Origin: Acidaminococcaceae bacterium
Lineage (GTDB): Bacteria > Bacillota > Negativicutes > Acidaminococcales > Acidaminococcaceae
Direction: 5' to 3'
Length of the DNA: 24,000 nt
Assembly (NCBI GenBank): GCA_022484685.1
Contig: JAKVKY010000009.1
Span: 33,500 to 57,499, forward strand
Below the pieces are notes generated by a model, which ran no database searches, was not told where the DNA came from, and saw only the letters and a program-made list of their open reading frames with translations. The position numbers and the translations under genes are program-made. This document shows, piece after piece, positions 20,491-24,000 of this stretch (the stretch's first letter is position 1; every line of letters starts with the position of its first letter).

Positions 20491-22008
20491 ATGTTAAGAG
20501 CAGCTATTTATGCCAGGTATTCCAGCGATAATCAGCGCCATGAAAGTATTGAAACACAATATAGAATCTGTGAGGACTATTGCCGTCAAAAAGGTTACCT
20601 GGTTGTGACCCACTATAAAGATGAGGCTAAGACCGGTACCATGGTGGCCAAGCGTGACGGATTTGCCCAAATGAAACTGGATGCCGGTTTGGACATATGG
20701 GATGTACTGGTGGTGTATACGCTGGATCGCACGGCGCGCCAGGAACTGGATTACTATTTATATAAGCAAGAACTGCTGGCGGCCGGCGTACGATATGAGT
20801 ATGCCACGGAATCTTTTGACCCCGGTACGGTGGACGGGCAGTTTTTTGAAGGAATTCAGGTGGCGCAGGCTGCATGGTACAGTCGTAAGCTTTCTGTAAA
20901 AATTAAGGACGGCAAAGAAACCAATGCCAAGGACCACTTGTTCCCTGGCGGCAAGCCACCTTTTGGCTATGATGTTACTCCAGAGCATGAATATGTGCTT
21001 AACCAGGGTGAGGCGGTGGCCGTGCGGGCAATTTTTGAGCAATATAATAACGGCCATAGCTATGGGGATATCATGAACTGGCTCAATGCTCGGGGATATC
21101 GTACTAAAAATGGTCAGTTGTTTGGCAAAAATAGCTTGTATGACCTGTTGGCAAATCCTAAATATGCAGGTACTTATATTTACCGCAGACATGCTACAAC
21201 CGGGAAAAAGACAAACAGCCACCGGGATAATCCGGATGCGCTTGTTTATACGAATGCTGTACCGGCTATCATCTCCGCTGCCGATTTTGCCAGGGCCCAG
21301 GAGCGTAAAAAAGCAAACAAGAATTGTGGTATCCGGAACAAAAGCTTCTATTTATTAAGCGGTCTGGTGCGCTGTGGTGAGTGCGGTCATGCCATGAGCG
21401 GCAACAGCGTGAGCCGTAGCCATTATCGTTATGAGTTTTATCAATGCACGCAAAAAATGACCAGAGGAGTGGCTGCGTGTCCCAATATCAAGATTAAGAA
21501 ACAGGAGCTGGAAGAGGCTGTCATAGCCGGCATGCTCAAAATAATGACGGTCCCTAACCTGGACATGATAATTACCCAAGCCACGGAAAAGATTGCTGCG
21601 CAGTTGGACGATACGGCCGAAGATGCCGCCACCGTAACTGCTAAGATTAGCGGACTTAACACTAAACTCAATAATATTTATAATGTAATCGAGTCCGGCG
21701 CCGCCGATGAGTTTGATCTGGCCCGGTTGGCGGATATTAAAAAGCAAATTACTGTTGCCCGGGAACATCTGGCACAGATTAATGCCTTTAGGCCGACGCT
21801 CATTGACAGGGATGAAGTGTTGGCCGAATGGTCAGAATTTGTTCCGGTCTTGAAAAACAAAAAAGATCCGCAAAAATTGCGGACCCTGTTAGGAAAATTT
21901 ATATCAACTATTACTGTATTCGCAAACCGCATAACGGTGCAGGTTGCACTACATTGTAGCGAAAAACTGGTAGCGCTAATGGGAATCGAACCCATGATTT
22001 CGCCTTGA
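20491..22008 (+). CDS. int: Large serine recombinase (prophage integrase)
   Basis: 505 aa, AAGGAGA RBS. The N-terminal AIYARYSSDNQ...ETQ resolvase-type catalytic-Ser motif is followed by a recombinase domain and the zinc-ribbon CGECGH...CTQKMTRGVAACPN, then a coiled-coil region. The last 41 nt of the ORF are antisense to tRNA-Glu. Confidence 0.9.
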   Translation: MLRAAIYARYSSDNQRHESIETQYRICEDYCRQKGYLVVTHYKDEAKTGTMVAKRDGFAQMKLDAGLDIWDVLVVYTLDRTARQELDYYLYKQELLAAGVRYEYATESFDPGTVDGQFFEGIQVAQAAWYSRKLSVKIKDGKETNAKDHLFPGGKPPFGYDVTPEHEYVLNQGEAVAVRAIFEQYNNGHSYGDIMNWLNARGYRTKNGQLFGKNSLYDLLANPKYAGTYIYRRHATTGKKTNSHRDNPDALVYTNAVPAIISAADFARAQERKKANKNCGIRNKSFYLLSGLVRCGECGHAMSGNSVSRSHYRYEFYQCTQKMTRGVAACPNIKIKKQELEEAVIAGMLKIMTVPNLDMIITQATEKIAAQLDDTAEDAATVTAKISGLNTKLNNIYNVIESGAADEFDLARLADIKKQITVAREHLAQINAFRPTLIDRDEVLAEWSEFVPVLKNKKDPQKLRTLLGKFISTITVFANRITVQVALHCSEKLVALMGIEPMISP

Positions 22009-22042
22009 GAGGGCGACGTCTTAGCCTCTTGACCATAGCGCC
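21968..22042 (-). tRNA. tRNA-Glu (anticodon CUC)
   Basis: 75-nt cloverleaf: acceptor GGCGCUA/UAGCGCU (first pair is G-U), D-arm GUCA-AGAGGCUA-AGAC, anticodon arm UCGCC-CUCUCAA-GGCGA, T-arm AUGGG-UUCGAUU-CCCAU, discriminator A and encoded CCA. The architecture parallels E. coli tRNA-Glu. Confidence 0.8.
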
Positions 22043-22057
22043 GTTTGTCTAAAAAAA

Positions 22058-22131
22058 TGGCTCCGGGACCAGGACTCGAACCCAGACAAGAAGATCCAGA
22101 ATCTCCTGTGCTACCATTACACTATCCCGGA
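22058..22131 (-). tRNA. tRNA-Gln (anticodon CUG)
   Basis: 74-nt cloverleaf: acceptor UCCGGGA/UCCCGGA with the U1-A72 typical of tRNA-Gln, D-arm GUGU-AAUGGUA-GCAC, anticodon arm GGAGA-UUCUGGA-UCUUC, T-arm CUGGG-UUCGAGU-CCUGG (two wobble pairs), discriminator G and encoded CCA. Confidence 0.75.
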
Positions 22132-22160
22132 GTATATAAGCACAATCGTGCTACCTGATT

Positions 22161-22189
22161 AGTATAAAACACCCGGCGAAAACTGTCAA
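22161..22189 (-). promoter_or_regulatory. Promoter of the tRNA-Gln/tRNA-Glu operon
   Basis: In minus sense: -35 TTGACA (complement of 22184-22189), 17-nt spacer, -10 TATACT (complement of 22161-22166). It lies ~30 nt upstream of the tRNA-Gln 5' end. Confidence 0.65.
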
Positions 22190-22319
22190 GTCCCATTTTG
22201 AAAAACTTTTAAGCTAAAAGGACGGAGTAAGTGGAAATAGTTTTCTAAAAAGCAATTTTACGTTATAATAGAAAGACACAAGTTCCGAGAAGGACGTGCC
22301 AAGAAACGGGAGATGCAAG

Positions 22320-23693
22320 ATGCATAGACAAAAAAGAAAGACGGCCGGTTTGGTGCTGGCCTTATTGTTAGGTAGCGCCGGGTTATTGCTGCCTCACGGG
22401 GCGGCGGCAACCGAGGCGGCCGTTGCTAAGACTGTGCAGGCGGAGCGTGCCGCGGTGGCAGCTTCGTTGCCTCAGGCCGAGAAACATGCGCCGGTACAGT
22501 TTACCGCGGTCCAGATTATTGACGGCGTACCTGTGACCATGCAGGGAACGCCGGTGACAGCCACGTCCCCTGACCAGAGCGCCTTTTTAATTCAGCACGG
22601 GGCCAATGTGGTCCTGCAAAAGATGGAGATTACTAAGAGCGGCGATAACGCCAGCGGCGAGTATACGGATGGCGGTTTGAATGCGGCGGTGTTAACCACG
22701 GATGCTAACGCCAGCCTGGATACTTGTACGGTGACCAGTGACGGTACCGGCGCCAGTGGTATTTTTGCCAGCGGTATGGCCGGGAAGGTCCGTGCTCATA
22801 ATACTACGGTTAGTACCAGCGGCGAAGCTTCCCGGGCTTTGGCGGCGGTGAACGGCGCGACAATCAGTGCGAATAAGATGACGCTGACCACAGCCGGCAA
22901 GGAAAGTCCGGCGCTGTTCGCTTTTGGCGACGATGCGTCTCTCTTAGTTTCTGACAGCAAGATTACGACCACCGGTGCGGACAGTCCCTGCGTTTATTCC
23001 CTGGGGACCGTGAGCCTGGTAACCAGTACGGCCACGGCGACTAATAGTGAGATGGCCGTGGTGGAAGGCAGCAATGATTTAACCCTGGACGCCGTCAAAT
23101 TAACCGGCGGGAAAAAATACGGTCTTCTGTTATATGCCAGCCTGTGGGAAGATGCGGACCCGGGCACGGCGGTCCTGGCGGTGCGGAATTCCACGCTGAC
23201 CAGTACGGCGCCGGCAGGCTTGTTTTATGTGACTAATACTAAGGCCGCTGTGACTTTGGAAAACAGCGTGCTGAATTATAGCGGCGACGTGGTTGCCCAG
23301 GTAGGCGCCGGTCCTTGGGGAACCCCGGGCCGCAATGGCGCTATCTTTGATTTGACTTTGACGAAGCAGCAGCTGAACGGAAATATCGTGGCGGATAAGC
23401 TGAGCAAGGTTTCGATTAACCTGGCCCAGGGGAGCACCTGGAACGGGACCGTGAATACAGATGCCAGCGCCCGGGAAGCCAACGTCAACATGCATGCTTT
23501 GGCCAACTGGTCGTTGAGCGGCGACGCCCATCTGAATATCTTTACGGATGATGATTTGAAGCTGGAAAACGTAGCCAGCAACGGCTACCGTATTTATTAC
23601 AATGCTAAGAATAAGGCGAATAAGTGGCTGGAAGGTAAGCGTTATAAATTAAGCGACGGCGGTCAGCTGGTGCCGGAACCCAAAGTAAAGTAA
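22320..23693 (+). CDS. Secreted protein with repetitive beta-helix-like segments (adhesin / pectate-lyase-fold-like), host gene
   Basis: The ATG at 22320 follows GGGAGA. Signal peptide MHRQKRKTAGLVLALLLGSAGLLLPHGAAA. The body consists of Gly/Thr/Ser/Ala-rich ~25-aa segments that recur (for example TTSGEASRALAAVNGATISANKMTLTTAGKESPALFAFGDDASLLVSDSKITTTGADSPCVYSLG). High GC (40/60 in a sampled 60-mer). Confidence 0.6.
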   Translation: MHRQKRKTAGLVLALLLGSAGLLLPHGAAATEAAVAKTVQAERAAVAASLPQAEKHAPVQFTAVQIIDGVPVTMQGTPVTATSPDQSAFLIQHGANVVLQKMEITKSGDNASGEYTDGGLNAAVLTTDANASLDTCTVTSDGTGASGIFASGMAGKVRAHNTTVSTSGEASRALAAVNGATISANKMTLTTAGKESPALFAFGDDASLLVSDSKITTTGADSPCVYSLGTVSLVTSTATATNSEMAVVEGSNDLTLDAVKLTGGKKYGLLLYASLWEDADPGTAVLAVRNSTLTSTAPAGLFYVTNTKAAVTLENSVLNYSGDVVAQVGAGPWGTPGRNGAIFDLTLTKQQLNGNIVADKLSKVSINLAQGSTWNGTVNTDASAREANVNMHALANWSLSGDAHLNIFTDDDLKLENVASNGYRIYYNAKNKANKWLEGKRYKLSDGGQLVPEPKVK

Positions 23694-23765
23694 AATCTGG
23701 AGCCTGTACGAGAAATTTACTTAAACCGGTAACAGGCTGGATGCCACTTGGTGCGGACATAAATT

Positions 23766-23829
23766 AAAAGAACGGACCCGTTTAGGGTGCAGACCCGTAA
23801 TCTGTAACCTAAAGGGGCTCCGTTCTTTT
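23766..23829. terminator. Long bidirectional terminator hairpin between convergent host genes
   Basis: The outer stem AAAAGAACGGA (23766-23776)/TCCGTTCTTTT (23819-23829) encloses the inner stem CCCGTTTAGG/CCTAAAGGGG (one mismatch). An A-run precedes and a T-run follows, so it can terminate in both directions. Confidence 0.65.
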
Positions 23830-23850
23830 CTTATGTTAAAAAGAGGTTAA

Positions 23851-24000
23851 TTAAAGTAATTCGCCGTAGCGGCGCAGGTAAGAATTTTTAACCAGCGTGG
23901 CCAAAGTCAGGTAGCCGATAATTAAAACTGCCAGCCAGGGGAAATACCACAGCGGGATCCGGCCCAGCCCCATAGCCTTAAAGGCAAAAGGCAGGAACGG
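23851..24000 (-). CDS. mgtA: C-terminal 49 codons of a Mg2+-transporting P-type ATPase (MgtA-like); 5' part outside the window
   Basis: Reverse translation gives ...PFLPFAFKAMGLGRIPLWYFPWLAVLIIGYLTLATLVKNSYLRRYGELL*. This closely resembles the MgtA C-terminus as I recall it (...YFPWL...GY.TLTQLVK..Y.RRYGWQ). Confidence 0.6.
   Translation of the reverse strand, partial: PFLPFAFKAMGLGRIPLWYFPWLAVLIIGYLTLATLVKNSYLRRYGELL

Larger units (their letters stand above)
1..21990. mobile_element. Integrated temperate phage, right-hand part (left end lies beyond the window)
   Basis: Contiguous phage modules: protease, portal, TerL, TerS and HNH; late activator; recombination/replication genes; Cro-like/cI-like switch; cargo genes; and a large serine recombinase abutting a tRNA gene at ~21.97 kb. 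The right boundary is inferred; the exact crossover cannot be determined from this window. Confidence 0.85.

Noticed and set aside
20627-21995. Minus-strand ORFs 20627-20875, 20758-21222, 21355-21768, 21441-21671 and 21678-21995, and plus-strand 20681-20899 and 21086-21358
   Set aside because: They are antisense or alternative-frame shadows of the serine recombinase gene, which has clear catalytic and zinc-ribbon motifs.
22994-23581. Minus-strand ORFs 22994-23194, 23130-23531 and 23276-23581
   Set aside because: They lie antisense within the high-GC beta-helix protein gene. Such shadow ORFs are typical of GC-rich DNA.
1-24000. CRISPR arrays, reverse transcriptases (retron/DGR), transposase or IS elements
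   Set aside because: I found no regularly spaced direct repeats, no RT-like ORF (no YxDD motif protein) and no terminal inverted repeats flanking a transposase. The only recombinase is the prophage serine integrase.

Overview
The window holds the right-hand ~22 kb of an integrated temperate siphovirus-like phage in a host with strong GGAGG-type ribosome-binding sites, plus ~2 kb of flanking chromosome. Minus strand, right to left: a Cro-like gene and small early genes; a replication/recombination block (PcfK-like, PcfJ-like, DUF3102-like, HUH Rep-like, RusA-like); a sigma-region-4-like late activator; a GC-rich structured non-coding region; then HNH endonuclease, TerS, TerL, portal and a ClpP-like prohead protease that runs off the left edge. 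Plus strand: an XRE/cI-like repressor governed by four ATTGC-N5-GCAAT operators, a small nuclease-like ORF, and an AT-rich cargo island (~14.7-20.45 kb). The island sits between the immunity module and a large serine recombinase whose ORF runs 41 nt into a tRNA-Glu(CUC) gene, marking the attachment junction. Host flank: tRNA-Glu and tRNA-Gln(CUG) with their promoter, a secreted beta-helix-repeat protein, and the 3' end of an mgtA-like gene. The cargo island is the most interesting part. Its order is: a promoter/terminator-bracketed structured RNA, a membrane-anchored DEDD-exonuclease-like protein with degenerate catalytic residues, an overlapping secreted protein, an ABC-ATPase/Toprim-like (OLD/PARIS-type) fusion, and a D12 (Dam-type) m6A methyltransferase. 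A separately promoted, palindrome- and terminator-gated NYN RNase-domain gene follows. I do not recognise this combination as a named defence system. All domain calls are by-eye motif recognition and need HMM or structure confirmation.
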